From NCBI GenBank assembly GCA_963699545.1, contig CAVOUE010000003.1, forward strand, positions 736,001-800,000: DNA of 64,000 bases, read 5' to 3'. Of the stretch, positions 31,508-41,754 are shown in pieces (the stretch's first letter is position 1; the number at the start of each line of letters is the position of its first letter). This stretch comes from Nitrospirota bacterium. Lineage in GTDB: Bacteria; Nitrospirota; Thermodesulfovibrionia; Thermodesulfovibrionales; UBA9159. Position numbers and translations under genes: made by a program. The notes beneath the pieces are model-generated. The model ran no database searches, was not told the DNA's origin, and saw only the letters and a list, made by a program, of their open reading frames with translations.

Positions 31508-32572
31508 ATGCCAAAAACATATAAGATAGCGGTCATTGGCGGTGACGGGACAGGGCCGGAGGTTGTTGCGGAAGGGATGAAGGTACTCAATGCCGCTTCC
31601 GGCACATTCGGCTTCAATCTGGATTACACCCATTTTGATTTCGGCGGTGAGCGGTACCTGAAGACCGGTGAACTCCTTCCCGAAAGCATCTTTGACGATC
31701 TGAGAAGGTTTGATGCCATCTATCTCGGCGCCATCGGTCACCCGGAGGTAAAGCCGGGTGTTCTCGAAAAAGGGATACTCCTCAGGATGAGGTTTGAACT
31801 GGACCAGTATATCAATCTCCGTCCCGTGAAGCTCTTTCCGGGTGTTGACTGCCCCCTGAAGGATAAGAAACCGGAAGATATCGACTTCGTCGTCGTGAGA
31901 GAGAATACCGAAGGACTCTATACCGGCGCCGGGGGATTCCTGAGGAAAGGCACCCCTGATGAGATAGCGACCCAGGTCTCGGTGAATACAAGGAAGGGCG
32001 CCGAAAGGTGTATACGGTTCGCCTTCGATCTTACCAGGAAGAGAAACAAGACAAACAAACTCACCCTCTGCGGAAAGACCAACGTCCTCACCTTTGCCTT
32101 TGATCTGTGGGAAAGGACCTTCTATGAGGTAGGGAAGGAATATCCCGGGATAAAGACCGATTATGCCCACGTGGACGCCATCACCATGTGGTTTGTGAAG
32201 AATCCCGAGTGGTTCGATGTGATCGTCACGGACAATCTCTTCGGCGATATCATTACTGACCTGGGCGCCATGATCCAGGGAGGGCTCGGTATCGCAGCGG
32301 GAGGGAACATCAACCCTCAAGGTGTCTCGATGTTTGAGCCCATGGGCGGGTCAGCGCCAAAATACAAGGGACAGAACGTCATTAATCCCCTTGCAGCCAT
32401 TCTCGCTGCCGGGATGATGCTCGATCATCTTGGAGAAAGCAGGGCGGCCGGTGCGGTAGAGAAAGCGGTGATGGAGCTTACGGCGACAAAGATCAAAGGT
32501 CTCGCTGCCGGCAAAATGGGCTATTCGACGACCGAGATCGGAGATATGATCGCCGATATGGTCGGGAGATAG
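31508..32572 (+). CDS. leuB: 3-isopropylmalate dehydrogenase
   Basis: [38 protein letters not shown] and FEPMGGSAP. Confidence 0.85.
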   Translation: MPKTYKIAVIGGDGTGPEVVAEGMKVLNAASGTFGFNLDYTHFDFGGERYLKTGELLPESIFDDLRRFDAIYLGAIGHPEVKPGVLEKGILLRMRFELDQYINLRPVKLFPGVDCPLKDKKPEDIDFVVVRENTEGLYTGAGGFLRKGTPDEIATQVSVNTRKGAERCIRFAFDLTRKRNKTNKLTLCGKTNVLTFAFDLWERTFYEVGKEYPGIKTDYAHVDAITMWFVKNPEWFDVIVTDNLFGDIITDLGAMIQGGLGIAAGGNINPQGVSMFEPMGGSAPKYKGQNVINPLAAILAAGMMLDHLGESRAAGAVEKAVMELTATKIKGLAAGKMGYSTTEIGDMIADMVGR

Positions 32573-32634
32573 AAGACGCGAGAAAGAGAGCACCTTGACG
32601 GAAAGTCCTTAATTTTTTTATCAGGAGGTTTTTG

Positions 32635-35303
32635 ATGGCGAGGAAGGCAAGTAAGTTCGTTTATTTCTTTGGGGGAGGGAAAGCTGACGGGAACGGTAAG
32701 ATGAAGGACCTGCTTGGGGGCAAGGGGGCAGGACTTGCGGAGATGACGAACCTGAAGATCCCGGTTCCTGCCGGTTTCACCATTACCACGGCGGCGTGCA
32801 ACGAATTCTTTACGAATAAGAAGAAATATCCCGCCGGCATGTGGGACCAGGTCTTGGTGAACCTCAAGAAGATCGAGAAGGCCATGGGAATGAAACTGGG
32901 GGACAAGGAGAATCCTTTGCTCGTTTCCGTGCGGTCGGGCGCAAAATTTTCGATGCCCGGGATGATGGACACAGTGCTGAATCTCGGACTGAACGAGACC
33001 ACGCTGCGGGCGCTCGTCAGAAAGACCGGCAATGAACGGTTTGCATACGATGCGTACAGACGGTTTATCACCATGTTCGGAAGCATCGTTATGGGGATGG
33101 ACAGACAGGTGTTCGAAAAGGCTCTGGAGAAGATGAAGGAGATAAAAGGCGTTCACCTTGATACCGAGCTGGCAGCTGAAGACCTTAAGGAGCTCGCGGA
33201 GAAATTCAAAGCGATCTATCGGGCCGAGACCGGGACCGGGTTCCCTGATGATCCTCTTGAGCAGCTTAAGCTCGCGATCAACGCGGTCTTCGGATCATGG
33301 TTCGGTGACAGGGCGGTCAAGTACCGGAAGCTGAACGGAATACCGGAAAATCTCGGGACCGCATGTAGTGTCCAGGCCATGGTCTTTGGAAATATGGGGG
33401 ACAATTCAGGGACAGGCGTCGGCTTTACAAGGGATCCCTCCACCGGGGAGAAGAAGTTCTTTGCAGAATGTCTGATCAATGCCCAGGGTGAAGATGTGGT
33501 GGCGGGCATACGGACGCCGCTCCACATCGATGAACTGAAGAAGAGGTTGCCCGGCGCATATAAGGAGCTTGACGGCATTTACAAGAAGCTTGAGAAGCAT
33601 TACACGGATATGCTTGATATCGAGTTCACCGTTCAGGAAGGCAAGCTCTATATGCTCCAGACAAGGGTCGGGAAGAGGACTGCTGCGGCAGCGCTCAGGA
33701 TCGCCATCGATATGGTCAAGGAGAAACTTATCGACAAAAAGACAGCGGTCATGAGGATAGACCCGGATCAGCTCGACCAGCTCCTCCATCCCACCATAGA
33801 CCCCAAGGCGCTGTCAAAGTCGTTGCCAAAGGACTTCCCGCCTCGCCCGGAGGGCCGCGGTGGGCAAGGTTGTATTCTCCGGCGGACGATGCCGAGCAGT
33901 GGGCGGCGAGAGGCGAGAAGGTCATCCTGGTCAGATCCGAGACATCTCCTGAGGATATAGGGGGTATGCATGCGGCGCAGGGGATACTCACCGCCAGGGG
34001 CGGGATGACCTCTCATGCAGCGGTTGTGGCAAGGGGAATGGGGAAATGCTGCGTGGCCGGCTGCGGGACGATAAATATCGGCGAAGATCTGAAACATTTC
34101 GTTGTGGATAGCCATATCGTTAGGGAAGGTGAGTTCATATCACGCTCAACGGGTCCACCGGTGAGGTGATCCTTGGTCAGGTTTCGCTCACACAGCCCGA
34201 GCTTACCAGGGACTTCGGCACGATAATGAAGTGGAGCGATGAATTCAGGAGGATAGGGGTGAGGGCGAATGCCGATACACCGGCTGACGCCCGTCTGGCA
34301 AGACAGTTCGGTGCAGAAGGCATAGGACTGGTGAGGACAGAGCATATGTTCTTTGAGGGCGATAGGATAAAGGCGGTCCGTGAGATGATCCTTGCCGACG
34401 ACACTGCCGGGCGGAAAAAGGCGCTCGCAAAGATACTGCCGATGCAGAAGGGGGACTTTGTCGGGATATTTACCGAGATGAAGGGATTGCCGGTGACCAT
34501 ACGGCTCCTTGACCCGCCGTTGCACGAGTTTCTCCCCAAGACAGACGAGGAACTCGAACTGCTCTCAGAGGGATATGGGTGTTACCATTCGAACGGCTCA
34601 AGGCGAGGAACAAGTCGCTCCATGAGTTTAACCCCATGCTTGGCCACAGGGGGTGCAGGCTTGGCATCACCTATCCTGAGATCTATGAAATGCAGGTTCA
34701 GGCGATCATCGAGGCGGCCTGTGAGGTTGCGAAGAAGAAGATAAAGGTCATTCCCGAGATCATGATCCCGCTGGTTTCTGACGTGAGGGAACAGGAGGTT
34801 ATGCGGGAGATGACGGTGCGTATTGCCGAAGAGATCATAAAGAAACATAAGATAAAGATTCCTTACACCGTGGGAGCGATGATCGAGATCGCCCGCGCTG
34901 CCCTGACCGCGGATGAGATCGCAACCCAGGCAGAGTTCTTCTCGATGGGCACGAACGACCTTACCCAGACCACCTTCGGCCTTTCCCGCGATGACGCGGG
35001 CAGGTTCCTCCCCTACTATATCGAGAAAGGGATACTCCCGGATGATCCCTTTATCACCATTGACCGCAAAGGCGTGGGCGCCATGATGAGGATGGCGGTG
35101 GAAAAGGGAAGAAGGGTCAGGAAGAACCTGAAGATAGGGATCTGCGGGGAGCAGGTGGATACAAGGTCAGTGGAGTTTTGCGACGAGATCGGACTCACCT
35201 ATGTGAGCGCTTCACCGTACCGGTTGCCGATTGCCCGCCTTGCGGCGGCACAGTCGGCCTCAAGAAGAAGATGAAGAAGGACCTGAGCAAGGCGTCGGTC
35301 TAA
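32635..35303 (+). CDS. ppdK: Pyruvate, phosphate dikinase; several frameshifts after ~33800
   Basis: [48 protein letters not shown] (phospho-His), RTEHMF and GTNDLTQ across ORFs 32632, 33870, 34166 and 34579. Confidence 0.93.
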
Positions 35304-35327
35304 CGAGCCGAGAGCTGTCAATACACT

Positions 35328-35364
35328 GAGCGGGCGCGGGGGGTGATAACCCTGGCGCCCGCTC
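35328..35364. terminator. Putative bidirectional terminator between convergent ppdK and ggt
   Basis: GAGCGGGCGC...GCGCCCGCTC 10-bp stem. Confidence 0.65.
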
Positions 35365-35379
35365 TTCATTTAACATCCT

Positions 35380-37171
35380 TCACCATCCCATGGCGTAGCC
35401 GGTTTCCATTCGCGGTGATGCAACCCCTGACAATACGCCGCTCTGCATGTCGAACCTGATCCCGACCACGCGGCCATTGCTCCAGTCGCCGGCAGTCTGG
35501 ACCTGATGTCCTTTCTCCCGAAGGGCAGAGAGCACAGACTCCTCAACGCGGCCTTCGATCACAAGGCCGCCAGGCTGAGCGCCGTGAGGATAGAACGAAC
35601 TGGGGAAATGGGTGGAATGAAAATTTGGCGCATCCACTGCAGCCTGCATATTCATATTGAAATCGATGCAATTTAAGAAGAACTGAAGCGTCCACTGGTC
35701 CTGCTGATCCCCTCCGGGCGTACCGAAGACCATGAACGGCCTGCCGTCCTTAAGCACGAGGGAGGGAGTAAGCGTTGTGCGCGGGCGCTTCCCCGGCTGG
35801 AGGGCATTGGCATGTGCGGGATCAAGATGGAAGACCTGCAAACGCGTTCCTAACGGGAAGCCCAGACCTTTCACGGCAGGAGAGCTTGCGAACCAGCCTC
35901 CGCTGGGTGTGGCGGCCACCATGTTTCCCCACCGGTCAACTACATCCAGATGCGTCGTATCTCCGGTATATACTTTTGGATCACCCTTCCTGCTCTCCGG
36001 CTCATGGGAGGGCGCGTTGCCGGGGCGGAGCTCCATTGAGGCGCGGTCGCGGTCGATCAGTTCCCGGCGCTTCGCTGCATAGTCTTTCGAAAGCAGTATA
36101 TTCAGAGGCACGTGGATAAAGTCCGGATCGCCATAATACTTCTCTCTGTCCGCAAAAGCCAGCTTTGAGGCCTCGACAAGAAGATGGATATACTCGGGAG
36201 AATTGTGGCCTAAAGAGGCAAGGTCATACCCTTCCAGCAGGTTCAGCTGCTGCAGAAAAACCGGGCCCTGGGTCCATGGACCGCACTTATACACATCATG
36301 GCCCCGATACGTCGCGGATACCGGCTCTTCAACGCGGGCGGAGTAACGGGACAGATCCTCCAGTGACAACAAGCCGCAATAGCTCTTGCCCGAGGCGTCG
36401 GGGAACCTGTTGTCCTGAGAGAACTTCACCATCTGCTCGGCCACCTCCCCCTTATAGAAAAGGTCGTGAGCTGCCTGGAGCCCCTCCCTGCGGCCCTGTC
36501 GCGACGCGCCGTGTTCCGCTACCGCAAGCTTCCTGAAGACATGAGCCAGGTCGGTCTGGACAAAGGGTTCTCCATAATCCGGAACGCGTCCGTTGGGCAA
36601 ATATATCTCGGCGGAGGTGGGCCATTCTTCCTGGAACCGCCGGCCATTCCGCTGGATAGCGAAATGGAGACCCCCATACATCGGGAATCCCCGCTCTGCG
36701 AGTTCAATGGCAGGTTCGAGAACATCCGACAACCGCATCGTCCCAAAAAGTGTCAACGCGGTGATCCATGTCGACATCGCATCCGGGACTGTGGCGGCGA
36801 GCAGCCCGTTCTCCGGGGATAACGTCGAACCCGCTTCCCTTGAACCACTCTATCGTCGCCCTCTTAGGAGCCGGCCCCTGACCGCTCAGGCTGACCACCC
36901 GACGCCCCCCTGCAAGGTAGATGAGGAGCGGGCCTTCTCCTCCGATACCATAAAGGTGGGGTTCAAGCACAGAGAGGGCAAAGCCCATCGCTGCCGCCGC
37001 GTCCACTGCATTGCCTCCGCTTTCGAGGATATGAAGGCCGATGCGGCTAGCGAGGTAATGCCCGCTGGTGACCATGCCGTTCATACCCATGACCACAGGG
37101 CGGGTGGTGAAATCATGGGGGCGGGGAGCGACCAAGGTGCTGAGAATGTCGCCCGGACGGTCAGCGGCCAT
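35380..37171 (-). CDS. ggt: Gamma-glutamyltransferase-family Ntn hydrolase, cytoplasmic; frameshift near 36800
   Basis: FTTRP..GMVTSGHYLA..GGNAVDAA; GDTTHL autocleavage Thr; PGKRPRTTLTP; GTPGGDQQDQ; no signal peptide. Confidence 0.88.
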
Positions 37172-37210
37172 CGCTTCTTTTCATCTCAACGGCAGAAGAG
37201 AAATATCCCG

Positions 37211-37927
37211 TCATTTCTCGCTCTCCCTCCGTCTTCTCTGCTTTTTCCGGAACAATATTCCTTCCACACTTTCCAGGTGACGGCGCATGGCCTGTTTCGC
37301 GGCATTCCCGTCGCCGCGTTTGATGGCGGAAAGAACTTCCTCATGTCCGCGAAGGGAGCCGTGAGCGCGCTCGTCATTCTGGAGGTAGCCTTCACGGGTC
37401 TTGGCAAGAAGGTCGACAATGGCGAGAAGTAAACGTTCCATGACCCGGTTCTTTGCCATCCCGGCAAGGCTGTTATGAAATGCCGAATCGGTCTCGACGA
37501 TATTAACGCCGCCGGCAAGGTCTTTTTCCTGTTTCTGCAGGATATCTTCGAGCTCTTTGATCTCTTCGCGCGTGGCATGTTCCGCGGCAAGCTGCGCTAT
37601 GACGGGTTCGATGATCTTGCGGATGAAGAAGATATCGGCGAGATCGTCCTTCTCGTGAAGGAGGGTTGCGGCCAGCGGCTGCACGAGGGCTTCTTCACTT
37701 GAGGCAAGAACGTACGTGCCGTCCCCCTGTCTGCTCTCCACGAGCCTCATGGATTCCAGGGTGCGGATCGCCTCCCGCACGGTGGCGCGGGAGACCTTGA
37801 AGGTATCCGTCAGTTCTCTTTCGGTCGGAAGCTGGTCGCCTTTCTTCAGCCTTCCCTTCTCGATGAGGTCGAAGATCTGCTTGACAATGTCCTCATATGC
37901 CCGTCTTTTTTCGACTGCCTTCAGCAT
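37211..37927 (-). CDS. FadR/GntR-family transcriptional regulator (copy 2)
   Basis: Intact wHTH + FCD; close paralog of 20514..21223. Confidence 0.92.
   Translation of the reverse strand: MLKAVEKRRAYEDIVKQIFDLIEKGRLKKGDQLPTERELTDTFKVSRATVREAIRTLESMRLVESRQGDGTYVLASSEEALVQPLAATLLHEKDDLADIFFIRKIIEPVIAQLAAEHATREEIKELEDILQKQEKDLAGGVNIVETDSAFHNSLAGMAKNRVMERLLLAIVDLLAKTREGYLQNDERAHGSLRGHEEVLSAIKRGDGNAAKQAMRRHLESVEGILFRKKQRRRRESEK
37746..37880. repeat. 135-bp perfect inverted repeat of 20561..20695 (wHTH-coding part of the two FadR genes)
   Basis: Base-by-base comparison, GCAGATCTTCGACC...GGAATCCATGAG, is identical. Confidence 0.9.
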
Positions 37928-38088
37928 GCTCGATCCTTTACTCGCCCCGGGTCATGGTGTCAGGAGGAGCGCACCATCCGCGAGTTCATCAGTTATTTTC
38001 TCCAACGCGAAATTTCCTCTTGTTACTTTAGCAGATTTGAGGAGCAATGTGTACGTGGCCTTCAAAAGGAGGATGAGGGTAAAAGGAA

Positions 38089-38171
38089 TGGTGCGAGAGA
38101 GGGGAGTCGAACCCCTATGGTTGCCCACTGGATCCTAAGTCCAGCGCGTCTGCCAGTTCCGCCACTCTCGC
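38089..38171 (-). tRNA. tRNA-Leu (anticodon TAG), CCA encoded
   Basis: GCGAGAG acceptor stem, D-loop GGCAGAC, anticodon arm CTGGA-CTTAGGA-TCCAG, long variable arm, GGTTCGACTCC, 3' ACCA. Confidence 0.96.
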
Positions 38172-38177
38172 TGATTG

Positions 38178-38206
38178 ATTGTAAAGGATTTTTGCTGCTT
38201 GGTCAA
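38178..38206 (-). promoter_or_regulatory. Sigma70 promoter of tRNA-Leu
   Basis: Minus strand TTGACC-17-TACAAT, 6 nt upstream of the tRNA. Confidence 0.7.
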
Positions 38207-38310
38207 ATACTCTCAGGGAATGATGTTGTCGAAGGCAGGATCAATCTCTTGTTTCAAAAGATATGACCCTCGCTTCAATAGGTTTCATGATCAAGGTTTG
38301 CACCTTTTTC

Positions 38311-38339
38311 TTGACCCCCCCCTCATTTGTCTTTATAAT
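38311..38339 (+). promoter_or_regulatory. Sigma70 promoter
   Basis: TTGACC-17-TATAAT upstream of ORF 38406. Confidence 0.6.
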
Positions 38340-38405
38340 TCATCAAAAGACCGCGTGCGGCATAAGAATGGCAGATCAGAACATATTGATTGTAAGCGTA
38401 TTGGG

Positions 38406-38795
38406 ATGAGACTCGTTTTTCGCCTTCTGGCCATGTTGGTAGTGGTTCCCGCCACATACTACTTCGTCTACTGGGTCCCGTTTTCGTTTGCCCCATTCCT
38501 TGAACAACGTTGGATACCCAGCATCATCTCTCTGCTCTGTGCGATTGGCGTTGGCTGGTACGTCTGGAAAAGGCTCGGCTCTACTTCAGGGGAGTGGATT
38601 TCGAGCACGTTATCTGGAGCCATCGTGCTTGGCGCTATCGGCTTTTGCGCTGGATTCTTCGGCCCTATTATTTTCACCCCGGGGGCGAATCAAGGCCCAT
38701 TGCTTGGCATTTTCATAACTGGCCCTCTGGGTTTTATCCTCGGAGGGGTTGGTGGCTTTATCTATTGGCTTGCTAAGAGACGGAGAGAATGCTAG
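38406..38795 (+). CDS. Small membrane protein, unknown function
   Basis: 4 TM helices, GFFGPIIFTPGANQGPLLGIFITGPLG; the stop codon overlaps the 68-bp repeat. Confidence 0.7.
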   Translation: MRLVFRLLAMLVVVPATYYFVYWVPFSFAPFLEQRWIPSIISLLCAIGVGWYVWKRLGSTSGEWISSTLSGAIVLGAIGFCAGFFGPIIFTPGANQGPLLGIFITGPLGFILGGVGGFIYWLAKRRREC

Positions 38796-38862
38796 GGACA
38801 CATCCCCATTTTCTCGATAGCCTTTCCCGCGATCGAGACTGTAAAGCGCAAAAAAGTTAAGC
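38795..38862 (-). repeat. 68-bp repeat, left copy (inverted relative to 59944..60011)
   Basis: The reverse complement aligns to 59944..60011 with 9 differences in 69 columns (manual alignment). Confidence 0.85.
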
Positions 38863-38941
38863 TGCCGCGATTTGGATTGAATGCCGGGGAATGCTTCAAT
38901 GAAACCCGGGCATGCGGTATCCGCTCCGTGATAATGCCATC

Positions 38942-40033
38942 TCATTTCCCCGGGATCAGGAAGAAGAGAATCGAAAAGATAAGATAGACCGTCAGGAGTT
39001 GGACGCCCTTATACCAGTGGGTCTTTCCGCCGCTTGCCACAAAGGTGGCGATCAGAACACTCATGAAGACAAGGGTGATCTCTCCACGGGTAAAGGCAAG
39101 GATGAAGGGCTGCGGCGCGGCAAAGAGGCTCAGCAATACAAGCAGCGGCGCCACAAAAAGGGCGATCTGGACGCTGCTCCCGAGGGCTATCCCAATGGCC
39201 AGGTCCATCCGGTTCTTGCGGCCCATCATGACGGCAGAGCCCAGTTCCGCCGCCCCGCCCACCACCGCCAGTACGACGAGGCCGATGAATGTCTTCGATA
39301 TGCCGAGGTCCTTCGATGCTCCCTCTACGGCGCCTACCAGAATTTCACTCATCCACGCAGCCAAAAGTGATGCGGCAACGAGGAGGCCGACTGCCTTTCC
39401 TATGCTCCATTTGTGCTCCTCTTCTTCTGTATGGCTCTGATCTCCGCGGAAAAAGTCCGGATGGGTTTTGATCATGAACAGGAGGCTCAGGGCGTAGCTC
39501 ACCAGGAGGACGATGGCGATGCCAATGTTCAGGTAGCGCTCGTGATGGAGGGTCTCTTCTGTCACAAGGGTATGATACCCGCCCGGCACCATCAAGCTGA
39601 TCACTGCGAGCACCATCATGCTTGCCTGCATCCCCGCTGCACCGCGATTGAACTCCTGAATGTGATAGCGAAACCCTCCAAGCAGGAAGGCCAGTCCAAG
39701 ACCGAGGAGGAGATTGGCCAGAATGGCACCGACAAGCGAGGCACGAACCATGTCGGTCAAACCCGCTCTTAGGGCGACGAAGCAGATGATCAGCTCAGGG
39801 GCGTTACCGAAGGTCGCGTTGAGCAATCCGCCGATCGCGTCTCCGGTGCGGAGAGCGATCTGTTCGGTGGCCTGAACGATGAGGCTTGCAATGGGAATAA
39901 TCGAGAAAGCTGCACAGAGAAAAATGAGGACCGATTTGTCCGGCAGAGCATGTTCCATAAACAGGGTAACAGGAATAAAGACCAGAAGCCAGTTCAGTGA
40001 GGGTTTGAGAAAGCTATTTGCGCTCTTTGCCAT
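38942..40033 (-). CDS. cax: Ca2+/H+ antiporter (CAX/ChaA family)
   Basis: GGLLNATFGNAPELI, GAILANLLL, GGAAE and GSSVQIALFVAP. Confidence 0.9.
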   Translation of the reverse strand: MAKSANSFLKPSLNWLLVFIPVTLFMEHALPDKSVLIFLCAAFSIIPIASLIVQATEQIALRTGDAIGGLLNATFGNAPELIICFVALRAGLTDMVRASLVGAILANLLLGLGLAFLLGGFRYHIQEFNRGAAGMQASMMVLAVISLMVPGGYHTLVTEETLHHERYLNIGIAIVLLVSYALSLLFMIKTHPDFFRGDQSHTEEEEHKWSIGKAVGLLVAASLLAAWMSEILVGAVEGASKDLGISKTFIGLVVLAVVGGAAELGSAVMMGRKNRMDLAIGIALGSSVQIALFVAPLLVLLSLFAAPQPFILAFTRGEITLVFMSVLIATFVASGGKTHWYKGVQLLTVYLIFSILFFLIPGK

Positions 40034-40039
40034 TCGTAT

Positions 40040-40153
40040 TCAATTCTCTTTATCGCCGTCAGCTGTCCCGATGAGCCCCACGTTGAAAAGGAAGACGACC
40101 GCCCCTACAAGGGAGATCGGGTTATAGAATGTCTGAGGGAACAATCTCTTCAC
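40040..40153 (-). pseudogene. 37-codon ORF, probable N-terminal remnant of a membrane-anchored protein (resembles the start of NapC/NirT-type cytochromes)
   Basis: RBS AGGAG, GTG start, MKRLFPQTFYNPISLVGAVVFLFNVGLIGTADGDKEN*. Confidence 0.4.
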
Positions 40154-40238
40154 GATCTCTCCGCTCCTTCATGCGAGAGTAACGTCAAGAAGCCAGCCTG
40201 GAGCAGTCAGACCAGACCCTTGAAAAAAGGTACGCATC

Positions 40239-41739
40239 TCACTTCTGCTCCCGTGATGCCGGCAGATTTACCGGTGCAGAGGAGCCTTGGGCTACCGGTA
40301 CACCACCCGCAGGTTCCGTTGCCAGCCCCTCTGCCTTGACTACCCAACCCCCGCCCATAGCCTTGTATACATTCACGAGGGCCTGGAAGAGAACCCCTTG
40401 CGCTTGCGCATGTGTCAGTTCCGCACTGTAAAGTCTGCTCTCCGCATCGAGCACCTCGAGATAGCTGGTGTAACCGTTGTCATAACGCAACCACGCAAGG
40501 TGCGCATATTGACGAAGGGAGCCCACCTGTTGAACAAGGGTATCCAACTGCTCCCTCGTCCGCTTCTGGTCAACCAGGGCTATCATCCACCTCGCGGAAG
40601 GCCGTCTGGATGGACTGCTGATACGTGAGCAGCGCCTGTTGCTGCACTGCCTCGGCTGACTGCACCTGCCCTGCAATGGCGCCAGCCGTGAAGATCGGCG
40701 CTGTAACCGGGACCGCCCAGCTCCAGGTCTTTGCCGGTCCCTTGAAGAGATCTGAAAGATCATTGCTCGCCCATCCGAACAGCCCGGTGAGAGAGATGCT
40801 CGGGAAATACAGAGCCTTGGCAACACCGATGTTTGCATTGGCAGCGATAAGGTTCTGTTCAGCCTGACGGATATCAGGACGGTTCGCAAGGATGTCCGAA
40901 GGCAGGCCTGGCAGGGACTGCAGGAAGCATAAGTTCATCAATCGTCTTGCCGCGCGCAATGGGGCCGGGGTTGCGTCCCAGAAGCACGCTCAGGGCATTC
41001 TCCTGCTGGGCTGATGAGCTTCTCGAAGAAGGGGATGTTCGACAGGGCCTGTTCGTATTGGGACTTCGCCTGACTGACCTCGACTTCTGAGACAATCCCA
41101 TACTCGAAACGGAGTTTGAAGATGATCGTACGATTCCTTGTAACTCTTTGCGGTCTGCTCTCGTAAGTTCAAGCTGCTTGTCGAGGTCACGGAGGTTGAT
41201 ATAGGAGTTCGCCACTGAGCTGACAAGGGTAAGTATGACTGTTCTGCGTGCCTCCTCGGTGCTCAGGATGTTCGCACGTGCCGCCTCTGTTGCACGCCGC
41301 AGTTTCCCCCAAAGATCGATCTCCCAGCTGCGGCATTGAGGAAAAGCTCGGAACTATTGAACGTCGGGTTCGCCCCGGTGTCTGTCAAGGGGGCTCGGCC
41401 CTGTCAGTTCGCTTACCCGCTGTCTGTCCATAACCCGCACCGGCGCCTATCTGAGGAAAAAGCGCTGCGCGGGTGGTGCCATACTGACCGACGAACTCGC
41501 TCAACCCGTGCGGCAGCTATCTTCACGTCCTTGTTTTCTCTTAATGCCGTCTGGATGAGGTCATTGAGAACAGGATCATTGAACTGTTCCCACCAGGCGG
41601 TATTGGCAACGTCCTTTGCCTCTTTGTCTTCAAAGCGCCATGACTGTGGAGTATCAACTTGAGGGCGCTGGTAGTTCGGTCCCATCATGCAGCCGAAAAC
41701 AAGAAGGGCAAAAAACAAAGAAGCAATAATCTTACGCAT
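40239..41739 (-). CDS. RND efflux outer-membrane lipoprotein (NodT/OprM family), frameshifted
   Basis: Lipobox VFGC..GPNYQRP, WWEQFNDP.L, PSDILANRPDIRQAE, YFPSISLTG and YKAMGGGW. Confidence 0.88.
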
Positions 41740-41754
41740 GACTTTCTCCCTCCT

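Noticed and set aside
31508-32572. Tartrate/D-malate dehydrogenase as part of the oxalate pathway
   Set aside because: The sequence looks like ordinary LeuB, has its own upstream spacer, and nothing visible supports altered specificity.
33800-34600. Programmed frameshifting or phase variation in ppdK
   Set aside because: Multiple scattered indels with no slippery-site or SSR pattern; better explained by consensus error.
37954-37977. ATGGTG-N12-CACCAT as an operator for FadR copy 2
   Set aside because: The spacing does not fit the TGGT-N3-ACCA type box seen at 18090-18112.
37930-38171. tRNA-Leu as attB of an integrated island or prophage
   Set aside because: I found no duplicate of the tRNA 3' end and no integrase in the window.
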